DNA from: the human T2T-CHM13v2.0 reference genome, Homo sapiens
Length of the DNA: 64,000 bases
Assembly (NCBI RefSeq): GCF_009914755.1
Contig: NC_060926.1
Reading direction: 5' to 3' (one strand)
Below are positions 42,511-56,764 of the stretch, piece after piece. How positions within the stretch are numbered: the stretch's first letter is position 1; the number at the start of each line of letters is the position of its first letter. Both the position numbers and the translations under genes were made by a program. Below the pieces are notes generated by a model. That model saw nothing but the letters and a program-made list of their open reading frames with translations. It was not told the origin of the DNA and did not search any database.

Positions 42511-43166
42511 GCTTTCTCACTTATTAAAACAATTTTTGAGTGCCCACTGAGTGTTAGATACTCTGAAAGTTAAAGTGTTATAAAATGAAAGGCAGCTGCA
42601 GTTATCTATTTCTGCAACTAAAACATGGGAACACCTTGAATACCTTCTTAGGGCTATAAGGAATACATGAGATAAAGATACCTTAGTGTAGTGCCTACAC
42701 ATAGGAACCACTCTAAAATTTTAGTTATCATGATGTCTCAGGCTGTTGCATCACAGATGAAAATTATAGATATTTTTCTCTTTTTGACAACAGAGATGTG
42801 AGAAATGTTGCCTACTTCATCTGCCATTTTTCTAGGTGTATCTCTTGGATTATCTTGGGGAGTAGAGCTGGGACTAGGAGAATGCAAGAAGAGAACTAGG
42901 ACCCCAAAAGTAAGGAAGAACCCACTGTCAAGGCTGTATAAGTGTAACTCTGCACCTCTAGGATATGGAGAAGGAGCACCTCCTTAAATTTTGTACTCTA
43001 GCTGCCTCCTTGACTTCCAACCCTATTGGAGAATCTCCCTTATATAGATGAGTCACCTTAGAACTACTGAGAGTACACTTCTTTCGGAGTGTGGGAAGCT
43101 ATCCCCAGTGTGTGAAAGAAGTGTAATACGACCATTTGGATTTTGAGCATTTAAGAGAAAACTGCT

Positions 43167-43612
43167 TATAATGGGTTAAAGAGTGGCCCCTCAATATTTG
43201 TGTCACCTGAAATTTGTAAATGTGGCTTTATTTGGAAATAAGGTCTTTGCAGATGTAATTAAATTAAGATGAAGTCAACATGGATTAGGGTGAGTCCTAA
43301 ATCTAATATGATTAGAGAGAAAATTTAGACACAGAGACAGACACACAGGGAAAAGGCCATGTGAAGACAGGGTAGAGATTGGAATAATGCATCTGCAAGC
43401 CAAGGAACACCGAAAATAGCTAACAACCACCAAAGCCTAGAAGAGGCAAGAAAGAATTCTTTCCTAGAGCCTGTGAAGGGAACATGGCTCTGCTGACACT
43501 TTAATTTCAGATGTGATGTCTAACCTCCAAAACTGTGAAACAATGAATTTCTATTGTTCTAAGACACCAATTTTTTTCTGTTTTATTATGGTAGCCCTGG
43601 GAAGCTAACATA
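43167..43612 (+). mobile_element. MLT1 (MLT1B/C-like) solo LTR
   Basis: ttatttggaaataaggtctttgcagatgtaatt...caagccaaggaacacc...gtagccctgggaagctaacataca. Confidence 0.88.
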
Positions 43613-44745
43613 CATACTCTTTAACCACTAGATGTGAATCCCCAGTGAGAGAAGGAAGAGAGTGGTCTGGATCTGTGAAGTGTAGGACAGAAACAATCAT
43701 GACTTAGTGTTGTGGGGCCTCCTATTTCCCTGGGAGGAAGCTATACATGCAAATGGAAAGACTGAGCACTAGGATCTGAACCCCTGGGAGCCAAGAGTGA
43801 GAGAGCTGTGACTGAACTTAGCACTGATCTGGCTAAGTTCAGTCCAAAGATGCATGAAGTCCTTGGTGGAATCTTGTCATCAACATCAAGAGCGTGGAAG
43901 AGCATCTTCTGATAGCTCTACAGGGCCTGTTGCTCATCAGAAACAAGTGCCAGCAAGGACCTGTGGGAACGGCAGGTGTCTCCCTACATGAGTATGAAGC
44001 TTGACTAACCACTCTCCCTTCCTTGGGCTAACTATACTCTTGGAGGTTCTGGGCAGTTTGAAGATGGTTTCTAATTGTACTTTAGTTCTAGTCTCCAAGA
44101 CAGTCTTGAAGTATGAAAAGGAGGAACCACAGAAGGTTTTACAGAGAGATGACACCCACACTGAAGAACAAATAGGAGTTAGCCAAGAGATGAATAGCTG
44201 GAGAAGCATTTCAGGTGGAGGAGCTGATAAAAGTGAGGGCCTAAACTTGGAAGAAAGATGGCACATTGGACTTCTGAAAAGAATTGAGAAAAACCAGAGC
44301 ACAGACCAAAGTGTAGGAGTTTCAAACTATGTGATGAAGAAGTAAATGGTCTATGTGGCCAGCTGGGGAAGTGGTGGAGTTGGTAGAGACGAAGAAAAAA
44401 AAAATACTGAATCCTAAAACCAGGGCCACAATGGAGGTAACTGAAATTCCAAACACATTTCCAAATCTAAATGGTTATTGTTTTATTAGTACTATTGTAC
44501 CACCCTCCAGTTGCATTGTGAGTTAAATGGGTGTTTTTGGGCTAGCCTAGGAATTATAATACACATACCATATATTTTTAATGTTTCTATAGATTATTAT
44601 CCTCCTGCAATCCAAACAACCAACTTACAAAGAAGCCCAATCTATTTCTAAAAGGCGAGCTAGCTATACTAACTACCTGCCACATCCTGAAATGGCCTTG
44701 AACCTAGAGAGGGGTTGCAATTCAGTATAAATTATCCTCTGCTAC

Positions 44746-44856
44746 CTTTGCATTCTGAATTGCTGATGAGCAAATTCATCACTTTTCTTTAATTTTCACA
44801 TGCTCTTTTTCATTGAGATAGCCAGAAATGCCACAATCAATCTTGATAAAACTGAT
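44746..44856 (-). pseudogene. Pseudo-exon, 111 nt: SVLSRLIVAFLAISMKKSM*KLKKSDEFAHQQFRMQ (phase 2) or ISFIKIDCGISGYLNEKEHVKIKEK (phase 0)
   Basis: Strong acceptor ttgtattttggttcttgtctccag; donor AAG|gtagca. Confidence 0.58.
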
Positions 44857-45082
44857 CTGGAGACAAGAACCAAAATACAATTAGAAACACTCCCTTACTC
44901 TCACCCCTATCACAAAGCTGTAATAGTGCTGGGCAGGAACTAGACAGACAACCCCTTGCAACCCCCTGACCATGAATTAGTGATCCTTGGTCCAGTGTCC
45001 AGAGACAACTGTATTTTCATAGGAAAACCTACGCTTTCAGTTTCAGCATAAGGAAACTACAAGCCTGTGCTGCTAGACTCAC

Positions 45083-45250
45083 CAGTAAAAAGCAATAGAG
45101 ATTGAATAAGGATGATAGCGGCCTTCCTTGAATTCTCTCCCTGTCCATGAATTAAATCCTCATAGAGGTGAGACTCTCATCACCACACAGCCCCAGGAAA
45201 GGACATGATTGATTGAGTTCATATTATAATACCTGGTACTTCTCCTGCCT
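45083..45250 (-). pseudogene. Pseudo-exon, 168 nt: GRRSTRYYNMNSINHVLSWGCVVMRVSPL*GFNSWTGREFKEGRYHPYSISIAFY (phase 2-2)
   Basis: Near-consensus acceptor ttttatgtttctttcccag and donor TG|gtgagt; length is a multiple of 3. Confidence 0.72.
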
Positions 45251-45861
45251 CTGGGAAAGAAACATAAAATAAAGATGCCTGTACCATGAAATACTCAAAT
45301 ATGTTCTTCAGAATTCAAGGACTTAAATTATTCATTGACTGGGGCATTTTTTTTTGAAGGAGAATAAAAGGGAAAAAAAATACCTACCCTAGTCTTTCTG
45401 TCACAAAATAAAATATCAGCCCTAATGTTCAAATTCACCCGCAGAACACAGTATAATCCCATGTTATAAACAATTTTGTAAAAATTGAAAGTATATGCAA
45501 AATAAGATAAACAAAAGGAAAGGAAGGCAACTGAGTGCAAGAAAATAGCTCACAGCAAGTGACATTTAGAATGAAAGATAGAAAACCCACACTATTTTGT
45601 TCTATGCTTAAATAGACCAAGAGCAGAAATGTACCAGAGACATTTGATAATCAATATAACATTACCCCAAGGGCACCATATACAACTATAATTTTAAAAA
45701 CAAAACTCAAGGAAATGGAACATTTAAATCAGAAGAACTTTTAACAACAAAATGACCAAAACAATGGTTTAATGTTCTTTTATATCAGGGAATTCTTAAC
45801 TTAAGGATTATTTTTCACAGCCAGTTTTTGCCAAGCAATGAGAGAACAGAAAAAAAAATAT

Positions 45862-46034
45862 CTTAGGTCTTTCCTGTCACTGTAGCTTTCATAATCACCA
45901 CAATTCAACATGACACCATAACTTGTAAGAAATTCTCCCCGGCATCCATTTAAGTGAACACTAATTGGAAAGTTCAGTGAACAGAAAAAGGCTGTGAACA
46001 ATATATATTTCAACATGCTGTGCCCGATCCTGAC
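45862..46034 (-). pseudogene. Pseudo-exon, 173 nt, phase 0-2: VRIGHSMLKYILFTAFFCSLNFPISVHLNGCRGEFLTSYGVMLNCGDYESYSDRKDL
   Basis: Strong acceptor tttttttcctccttgtcatttaag; 57 open codons (core of ORF 45801-46103); donor apparently mutated (AG|atattt). Confidence 0.6.
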
Positions 46035-46094
46035 CTTAAATGACAAGGAGGAAAAAAATAGTCCAACACAGCCTCTGCATTCAGTCCTGTATTG

Positions 46095-46255
46095 TGAAAT
46101 CATGATGTGGATTAGCTCCAGGAAAAATGTCAGGCTCGTGGTGAAACCTCAATAAAACCTGGAAACTCCATGTGAATCAATCTGCTCCACACACACGGTT
46201 TTATAAAAGAGCATCTGGATCCCCTGCACTGAAGTCAGGAACTCCACAGGTGAGA
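46095..46255 (+). promoter_or_regulatory. Candidate TATA-box promoter with short first exon and splice donor
   Basis: TATAAAAG at 46202-46209; CAG|gtgaga donor at 46250; upstream tGGAAACTCC (NF-kB-like), TGAATCA (AP-1-like) and GGAAAA (NFAT-like) motifs. Confidence 0.45.
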
Positions 46256-46264
46256 GGCAATAAT

Positions 46265-46690
46265 AAGACATTGCTGAAAACATGAGCTCTGAAGCCAGAC
46301 AAACAAGGGGTTTAACCTTGTCTCTATTGTATTCTTGGGCAAAGAGCTTTGCCTCTCAAATTTGCTGTCTGTAAAATGGGGCTAGTGATAACAATGTCAT
46401 GAGCTATTGTGAGGAATAATCTTGATGTAAATATAGCACAGCCCGTCACATGGTAAGTGCTGCCTTAATGATAGCTAGTGCATACTGAGGGGTTACAGCA
46501 TGTCACTGAAAAAGTTTTGTCTCTGACATGAGCTAAATATTATGATTATCCCCATTTTACAGAGAAAAAGGCTGAGGCGTAGAAAAGATTAAGTAGCTTG
46601 CCTATGGTCACACAGCTGTTAAGTTTAACCTGGCACAGGTTTAACCTGGCACTTAAACCAAACATTTTGGTTCCAGTTTGCACATACTAC
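46265..46690. mobile_element. Two MIR fragments
   Basis: gctctgaagccagac...ctgtaaaatggg; ccccattttacagagaaaaaggctgaggc...ggtcacacagct. Confidence 0.7.
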
Positions 46691-46753
46691 TTCTCATGTA
46701 GTTTTATTAAATAAATAATAAATGAATAAATCATAGTTATTACTTTTTTATTC

Positions 46754-46859
46754 CTGAAAATTTGATAAACTAATTGGGAAGTGATAGGCAGAAACACTAT
46801 ACTCATAAAATAAGATAGTATATAATTCATAGCTACATTTAAATCTAAAGCATCAAGCC
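46754..46859 (-). pseudogene. Pseudo-exon, 106 nt, phase 2-0: A*CFRFKCSYELYTILFYEYSVSAYHFPISLSNFQ
   Basis: Strong acceptor ctttctgtcttcacttgtttgtag; donor apparently mutated (CAG|gaataa). Confidence 0.45.
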
Positions 46860-48829
46860 CTACAAACAAGTGAAGACAGAAAGGGTTGTAAAATCCATTA
46901 GGAGAGTCTCTGGTTATCATTTATCTATGGTACTGCACTGGAATATCAACTTTATGGGAGCAGAAATCTGATGTGCTCTGTCTCCGGCACCTCAGTAAGA
47001 AGTGGTGAAAGGGTAAGTAGATGGATGAATGGGTGAGTCAGGCAGTGCCAGGGTCCAAGACCCCAGAGCTGTCTCCTCAGAGGTGCTCCATGAAGACACA
47101 CCAGCTCCGAAGCTGGCCAGGTACGAGAAAGCCCACTGGGGCTCTGTGCAGACATAGCCACTCCAGGACTCACAGAGGCAACCCCTCTGTCCTATTGAGT
47201 GGGAAGACAGTGAGCAGGGTTTTCTCCAGCCACTAGGCAGCCTCAAGTATACATTCACTGAATAGGTAAGAGGTCTTCATTAATAGGCTTCTTCCACACA
47301 TAGAACCAGAAACAAATCCAGAGTCTTTTTGAGGTTTGTGCAAAGTGCTATATGACAATACAGTGAGGCATTGGGATCACCCAGCTCTAAACCACCATGC
47401 AATTCAACCCTGCCCTTCTACAGCACATACCACATGCAAACTACAGACTTTGGAAGTGAAGAACTACTGAGCAGAAAGTATCTTTGCCTTGGTGCCATGG
47501 AGCCTTAAGGAGATAAGATGTGGGAAAGATCTCACATATTGGGCAGTAAAAGATAGTAATGAGTTGCAGGTTTCCTTGGTAGAAAAGAAGAAAGAAGTGA
47601 ATGAATAACCCCAGAGATTTATTTCCCAAAACTATTTTTGTGTCACTAATATTCTCAAGAAAAAATAATCCAGTTGAGATTGTGTCTGTTCGTTGTTTGG
47701 TTTGTTAGGTGTTCCACGACACTCCTTTTGAGAAGGAGAATAGGAAGGTATAAGTTCAAACAAATCACAATAGGACCTGGTCCTTTTGAAGGGGTTGCTA
47801 TAAAAGAGAACAAATTTATTTCAAGTTTGAATGTCTGAAAACCTAGATTTGCCACAAATATTCATTGAAATTGCCTCATAAGACATCTTGCAGGGCTCCT
47901 CCATGGGATCTGAAATTATGGAAGATGAAATCTCCTCTCACAGACCCCGTCCTCCAGGTATTTGACCCCCAAAGAAGAGAAAATAAAAACTAACACTTAA
48001 GGGGTCCTATATGTTGCCAGTCACTGTGTAATGCATTATCTTATTTGACCATGACAAAAGACAAGAAAGACTGTAGTATGAGACCTGTTTTAGAGAGAAG
48101 CTAGGCAACTTGCTAAAGTTCACACAGCTCAGAACAGAGCAGAACTGGGCTTTAAAATAATCCTTACTTTTATACATTAATTATTTTCCATGCTAGGCTG
48201 CCTAGGAAGGGATGTTTGACGATAATATTACAAACTAACGGAATATCTAAAGAAAGCATAACCTAATTTTACCAAACTTAGCAGTCCCTATTGTTTGAAG
48301 GATAGGTGTGACCAAAGGTGAGCAGGCTGTTGAGGCTCCCATGCTTACCTTGTACATGAACCCCATGTCATCAAAAGGGGGAACAAGCCTCCCCTCCCCA
48401 CCAAACTCACAAATGCTTCATGAGTTTTCTAGACTTTATGGATGGTTTTTTGGGGGAAAAGAAAGGGTCTCATCACATATCAGAAGTCTCTAAAATCCAA
48501 TTTGAGCATTTCTCTTTCCCAGAAAAAAAAAAATGTCTTTCCAGAATGTGCAAGTCTCCACTCTCTATCTTCCACCTCCCAGCCCAGCCCTGAGCCCTAG
48601 TTTCCTGTTCCACATGCCTCTTAATATTCCCTTACCCTAAACAAAACCCTGCTCGCTGGCTAAGCAGAGGAGACTCAATGGGGGGAAAAAAAAAACCAAA
48701 AAACAAACAAACAAAACCTACAAAACTAAAAACAAATCAAAACAAACAAACAAAAAAACCGCCAAAACAACCAGGGGAATGAGGAGAGCCTTCAATCATC
48801 CTTTCAGAGAGCAGTAATGAAATGTGATA

Positions 48830-49440
48830 TTTGTAAGCATGTAGTGTGTGCTGGACATTGTTCTTGGCCTTCAGGATACAACCATGAACAAGACAGCCTG
48901 GAGCTGATAGTCTAGTGGGGAGGACCCAGCCACCGAATAAGAAAGCCAATTCATCAATCCCATCATTGCAAGTGTTGGTAAGTGGCAAGAGGGACAACAG
49001 TATAATGGTATGATCACAAGGACTAGAATTGGTGGGGGAGAGCTAGTTTATATTTCATGGCCAGCAAAGGCTTCTTTGAGCAGAGGAATTTTTATCTGAG
49101 TCCAAACAGGGGGGGCACAACCATGCAAAGATGGGCATTCAAAATAGAGAAATTAGCAAACACAAAAGCCAAGGGTCTGTCCTAAGAAGGAAAGGGAAGT
49201 TGGGGTGAAGAAAAGAGAATCAAAAGTGTGCAGGCAGGACCTCATGGTCCAGAAGAAGTCTGAATTTCATTCTCAAGAGACTCGGAGGCCTCTATAGAAT
49301 TTGAGCATGGCTGTGTAGCATTTTTTTCTTTTTTCTTTTAATTTTTAATTTTTTTTATTTGAATACAGACATCATTTCAAGAGACTGAATAGCATTTTCT
49401 AAAGGCTACTCTGACCACTGGTTGTGGAATGACTGTGAAG
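48830..49440 (+). mobile_element. L2 LINE fragment
   Basis: ggatacaaccatgaacaagacag...tagtctagtgggg...aaaggctactctgacc. Confidence 0.6.
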
Positions 49441-49859
49441 GGCTGTGGGGAAGGGGGAATGGGTGCTCCCACACCTTCACACTCAGCCTGTTTGGCATTT
49501 GCTTTCATTTTGCTCAAGTGCCACAGGGCTTAGATTAGAGTGATCTATTTCTTTGTAAAAGTGGATGTATTTGTAATATATGCTCAAAGGAAGGCAACCA
49601 AATCTGCTGTGAGGGGCTAGGACAGGGGTGAAGGATGACTCTCAGGTTTTGAGGTGGATCAATACCGGGGGAGGATTAGTTGGTAGGTAAAGCGAAGAGT
49701 GAGGGAGGGGAGTTGAGACCAGAGTTTTAAAAACTCTATTTTCGCTACAGAATTTGAACTTTATTTGCTAGGCAGTGAAGGAGCTATCAAGCAATGTTTA
49801 TTTGTTCTCGTAGTTTTTAATAAACTTTTTCTGAAGTAGGATTAACAGGAAAGGCTGGT

Positions 49860-50200
49860 TTTAGGGAATGCTCCCACCCAGAAGGGCATGTGTTTACTTT
49901 ATTGTTTTGCTGTTGTCATCTTGAAATTCTTCATAATTTTATCATTGACGTTGTGTTTTGTAAGTGAAGTCCAATGGAACAATGAAGTACATGTAAGAGC
50001 AGAGGAAACTCACAAAATGTGCGTGTCCATGTTTCTTGCCATTCACTTGCATATAGCATTCATGACACCCCATGAGCTTGGAATTTCAGTAGACCCAGGA
50101 TGCATAGGAATTCAGGGTGTTGCAAGGTGAGTACTAGGTGAGTGTGTGTAGAAACCAAGATTCCAAAGACTGTTGGTAGAATGTGTGCATTTCAAAACAT
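49860..50200 (+). mobile_element. MER96-like hAT DNA transposon fragment
   Basis: cagaagggc...gctgttgtcatcttgaaattcttcataatttt resembles the MER96 family. Confidence 0.45.
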
Positions 50201-50219
50201 GAAATAAAATGTACTTATT

Positions 50220-51760
<1,541 letters not shown>

Positions 51761-51779
51761 AAGCAGAAGAAATGACTAT

Positions 51780-52300
51780 TGTGGGATCTTACCCATCTTT
51801 TAGTATCATAAATATCTTGGAAATGGTCTGAAGGAAGAATTGGTAATGACCAGAACACTAAGAAGAGTGATGATAAAAGTTTACTAGGATCTTGATATTA
51901 GAAGTGAAAATTAAAGGATGTGACAAAATATAATCAAGAGGACAGATGCCTGATTGAATGTAGGAGGAGAGGGAAAGGGAGAAGTAGGATAACTGCAAGA
52001 GCTGAGGCCCAGATAGCTGAAGGATTGGTGAAAATGTTCATTGAAATAGGAAAGAGAAGACCAAGAGTTGGTTTCAGGAATGGGGGAAAAGACACATTTA
52101 ACAGACAAGTGGAGTCTAAAGGATTTAAGGAACCATAGCTGCAAGTGTCCAGCAGGCAACTGGAATGGTGAATTCATGGTTGAGAGATCAGGGCTACACA
52201 CAGAGAATTGGGTTTATGTGAATATTGATATGTTGTAAATTAAATGTAAACTCAAAGGGAGGATATGTGGAGAGAGGATAGGGGAAGAAGGGATAGTAGA
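51780..52300 (+). mobile_element. L2 LINE fragment
   Basis: caagtgtccagcaggcaactgga...gagagatcagggct. Confidence 0.55.
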
Positions 52301-53354
52301 AGACAGAGATTGAAAAAGAGACCCAAAGTAGAAAGATAAACGGTAGACAGAAGAAGGAGGGAAAGAAGAAGGGACAGAGCAAGGAGAGAGGAAGAGAAAG
52401 AAAAAATATTTAAATTTGAGTTACTAGATAAGGGGTTAGCCATGTCTTTATTCCAACACCAAATCCATGTACTGATTCAAGTATTCCACTAGAAAATTAT
52501 TTTAGTGGGACATTCTTGTGGCAGAACCTCTGAAACTCTGCCTACCTCATGCAGTGCTGTTCTGTGCCTAACTGCCAGCTCCTACCCAGCAGAAGAGCCG
52601 TGGGCTAATGGTAGAGTACGTTTTGGGCCCCTGTATTTTCCATCAATGTGTATGCATTTGAAATAACAGCAGGTCGTTGAGTACTAATTCCTAACATTAT
52701 TACAGTGTTGTTCTGAAGAGGAATTAATGTGTAAATTGATTGACTTGAGGATCAGTGAAAAGTACATCACGCATTGTGGTAAATTATAAAAAATAATGCC
52801 CTGCTTCCTAATTGCTTTCAAAAATTTTTATGCAGTTGCTTATCTTTATTACATTTAGTCAAATTCTGTAATGTTAATGATTCACAAATAAAAAACATTA
52901 AATATTCCTGATGGCCTGTACACAAGGTTAATTTACACCCTGGAAGCCAGATGAGGTGTTAACTATATTCAGGTTGCACTTCAGTGGTTTGAAAGGTAAT
53001 TGTTTTACATTCCCAGAGCTTAAAAGGGACTTCCAAAAATAGAGTAGGCTATCAAACACAAAGAGACAATAAAACATTTGAATTGTTGTTATCTTAACAT
53101 TCCTTTCTATTCCGTGATTTATCTAGCACTGGTCAAAGTACTTTTTGCCAAATAAACAATAATGAAAGTTAATATTTTGGATAAAATTTTATCATCATTG
53201 ATTAGACTTTCGTAGCAACAATTTTCTTGAGTCAACAACATTTAGAAAAAATAGAAAAAAATTTCTTTTCTATTTTGGAAAACCCTAGTTATAAATTTAA
53301 AGATCTGAACCAGATTCAGCAGTAATGCCCATTCTTCTATAGTCTGTCAGATCC

Positions 53355-53868
53355 TTTGGGTTCAGGACATGCTACCCCAAAATATGACCCCTTGACATTT
53401 GAGAAAACAGTAAAAGCAGGAAGGTCACTCTCATCTTCCCCTCATCCCTTCTCCCCTGAAGCAGGCTATGAAACTTAGCTGCTCTTCCCCTTGTGTAGGT
53501 CATAAAACCTTTATTCCAGAGGTACCCACCATATACCTGGAGAAAAAAAATACCATCACTGAAGACACAGAAAAACAAAGAAGAATCTGAACACATGAGC
53601 CTTGCCAAGTCCCCTCCAGTGTGTTACCATTGGATCATGCCCCCTTCTGCTGTTCATACTTCTGCATGACTATCCTCCTTCATCAAACTTACCATAAAAT
53701 ATACAGTTTTTTCTCTTTCTTTGTGTCTTCATTTCTGAAGGCTCCTGTGTCATGTAAAACTTCTATTAAATAAATTTATATGCTTTTCTTTTATTAATTT
53801 GTCTTTATTATAGGGGCCTCAGTCATGAACCTGTGATGGGTAAAGAAAAAAATTGCCTCTCCCCTACA
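53355..53868 (+). mobile_element. MER31-like ERV1 solo LTR
   Basis: gggttcaggacatgctaccccaaaatatg...cccttctcccctgaagcagg...ctattaaataaattt...ctcccctaca. Confidence 0.82.
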
Positions 53869-54046
53869 GGAAAAACAAGCTGAAGGCAAGTAGTGATGAT
53901 TTTTTTGAGTGGCTTATACAAAAAAGGGCATTCCTTAACTTGGACACTGGAGGACAAATTTAAGCCAACAAGTAAGTCCCTGAGCAGCATTTTGCTCCCC
54001 TCCCCTTTTTGCTAAGAATAACCTTGTTAAGAATATCAATAAGTGA

Positions 54047-54326
54047 GGCTGGACGTGGTGGCTTACACCTATAATCCCAGCAGTTTGGGAGTCTGAGGCC
54101 AGAGGATTGCTTTAGCCCAAGAGTTTGAGACCAGCCTGGGCAACATAGAAAGACCCCCTCTCCACAAAAAATACAAAAATTAGCTGCCTGCGGTAGCAAG
54201 TGCTTGTGGTCCCAGCTACTTTGGAGTCTGAGGCAAGAGGACCGCGTTGCAGTGAGCCATGACTGTACCACCGCACTCCAGCCTAGGAGACAGAGTGAGA
54301 CCCTGTCTCTAAAAAAAAAAAAAAAA
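54047..54326 (+). mobile_element. AluJ-like SINE
   Basis: Full Alu with poly-A; TSD aataagtga. Confidence 0.9.
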
Positions 54327-55807
54327 TTAATAAGTGAACATACCACATTAACATTCTGTGACACACACACATTATACTTCATTGCTGTATCATGACTGGT
54401 AGCTTGATTACTAGAGCAATTGTCTCATGAGTCAGTTATTATGATATCTACTAGCCAAGGTATTTCTACATAGTTTAATAGTTTTCAAGGCCAAAAAAAT
54501 TTGAGTGTAGCAATAAAAATTATATTACAAAAGCAAAATAAAATAATTTGGCTGAAGAATAAACCCAGAATTATTTTGGCACTAAAATGTTTATAATTCC
54601 TTTCTCTTAAGAGAGGTTTTTCACTCACAAAACCTCAAATAACATGTGTTGTTATCTTTGTGCTTTTGAAATAATAAAAGTGGTAAAGGTCAGGTACACA
54701 TAGTCTTTGCTTGCCTTTCACAAACAGTTATTTTAAAATGTATGTGTGTGAAGGGGAGTGGTGTTATGTGCTTAATTTATTTTCTGTAGTTACCTTGATT
54801 AATAAAAGTCAAATATATTCAAATAAGTCTTTCATACTTCAATATTAATTTGTTTTAAAAAATAATAATTAACTTTTTAATAGAGATGCTTGAACACAAT
54901 CTAAGAGACACTTTGGAAAACTATCTCAAAAGTCTGTTTTTCTAACCAGGGAACTAATCCTGAAAAAAATTCACAGCCCAATCAGCATCACTCGTGACTT
55001 TATAAAATCTTCTATGTTTTCAGGAATGCAACAGCTTGAGTTAGATGAAAATTAAAATTCTGAGGTTAAATTCAGTGTATTTGAACACTGTGTAAATTCA
55101 GTGAGCTCAGGCACACACTTGTTTACTTGAGAACTTTTCAATAAAGTCCTTACAATATGCTTATGGCTCCAAATAAGCTGTGAAAATCACAAATTCTAAA
55201 ACTATGAACATCTTTTTGTGAAGTGGTACACTGAAATTAACACTACACTTTTTGAATAAAAGGCCAAGGTAGAGATGTCTCCAATTTTTGGCTAAGGAAA
55301 TGCAGCTGAAGCTTTGTCTATCGTGTTGTTGGGTAGCAATTTCTTAAGGTAGCAAAAGAGTAACTTCCAGTCAAAGACAGAAAAAGTCATTCTATGTTGA
55401 GCATGCTGGGAAAAGTCTTCAACTTCATTCTTCCCTTTGACTTAAGAAACACTTGGCATGTTTCCTAATATTGCCTATTAGACTTTCCCCTGCTCTCCCC
55501 GAGAACACAAACTACATATTATTTTCAAATAAAGTATATCCCACTTGAGCTGTTTCCAACCCCCATTAATCCCTTAGAGAGCAGATATGAAAGTGAAAGA
55601 CCTTTGTTATTTAATGATGATCATAATAATGACTAGCATGCATTACACGCTTACTATATGTCAAGCACAGCAGTAGCTCTTTGCCTATATTATTTCATTT
55701 AATCCTCACACAATGTAAGAAGTTGATTCCATATTTCATCATCTCTAGGAGGTCATCAGTGCATTATAATTTTTTTAAATACACAAATGAAAAAAGGGGG
55801 AAAATGC

Positions 55808-56212
55808 CATAAACTATTATGTAATCTTTTCTTGTCACTTCAAAGTTTTCTTCTACACGTGTTGAAAGAGTTCTTGTATCAAAGCAGTCTCTCCTTGCTT
55901 TGCAATTTTTCTCATCTATCTCAAGGGAGTTGCAATTTCTCCTGCCTTTGGTTCTATGGCTTGTTGTGATAAGCAATCCTTCTGCTGCGCCTCAGTAAAA
56001 AACATGTAACCCAATTTCAGCTACTTGTGGGTATGTTTCTTTCTTGGATGTCATAAAACACTTGTTTTTTTCTTTGCAAGACAATCTGGCATAATGATCA
56101 TTTTTCTAATGATGAATATTTGCTTCGCGAATATCAAATCTAAACACCACTCCTCTGTTTTTGCATATACATTAACTTTTTGTCTTAAACCCAAGTATAT
56201 TGTTGAATTTAT
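55808..56212 (-). pseudogene. Pseudo-exon, ~400 nt, phase 0 start: INSTIYLGLRQKVNVYAKTEEWCLDLIFAKQIFIIRKMIIMPDCLAKKK...
   Basis: Acceptor aattggcttcag; first 53 codons open; accounts for ORFs 56051-56269 and 55764-55976; 3' end uncertain. Confidence 0.52.
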
Positions 56213-56577
56213 CTGAAGCCAATTTAAATGGCAAACTAATTCAGCATGTGCAGTAATGCAAATGCTCATAACTCAGGTGAGATAACCCTGACCAGTGATG
56301 ACCAAGTGCATGTGTGTGATCAGGCAAAGCCAACTACATTTCCACTATCACATGTGCAACAGTGACCATAAATCACCACTGACTGTATGAGATATGAAAA
56401 TGTAAAATATTGTGTTCCTTGGAATCTGTGCAATCCGGTGTATTCAAAACATTATACAATTGTTAAGAAGCTGAGTCAGAAATGTTGTACAAGAAATCTG
56501 ACACTCGATTGCACTCTCTAAATTGCTACATTTACACTAGTTTTAGGAAAATAAAGAAAATAGATCCATTCCCTTAC

Positions 56578-56764
56578 CTTTAACAGTCCCTTATCTATAA
56601 CTTTGCTATAAAGTTGGAACTCAATATAACTTCCACTTCAGGTCTGTGGATTTAACTTCAAACCTTTGCTGCTGCTGCTGCTTCTTGTGCTTTTATTAAA
56701 TAATGACACCAGTCTTGGTACTCTGCATAAAGGGGTAATGGTTTCAGGCTGGAGAGTTTATGAT
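56578..56764 (-). pseudogene. Pseudo-exon, 187 nt, phase 2-0: S*TLQPETITPLCRVPRLVSLFNKSTRSSSSSKGLKLNPQT*SGSYIEFQLYSKVIDKGLLK
   Basis: Acceptor ttttatcctgtctaatttag, strong donor AAG|gtaagg. Alternative 5' frame HKLSSLKPLPLYAEYQDWCHYLIKAQE. Confidence 0.68.

Noticed and set aside
42517-42711. 64-aa minus ORF with AG/GT-like ends
   Set aside because: Sequence resembles MIR/L2 text (aggcactacactaag...tatctcatgtattcct).
46623-46652. Tandem duplication of gtttaacctggcac
   Set aside because: Two-copy local duplication within a MIR; not an array.
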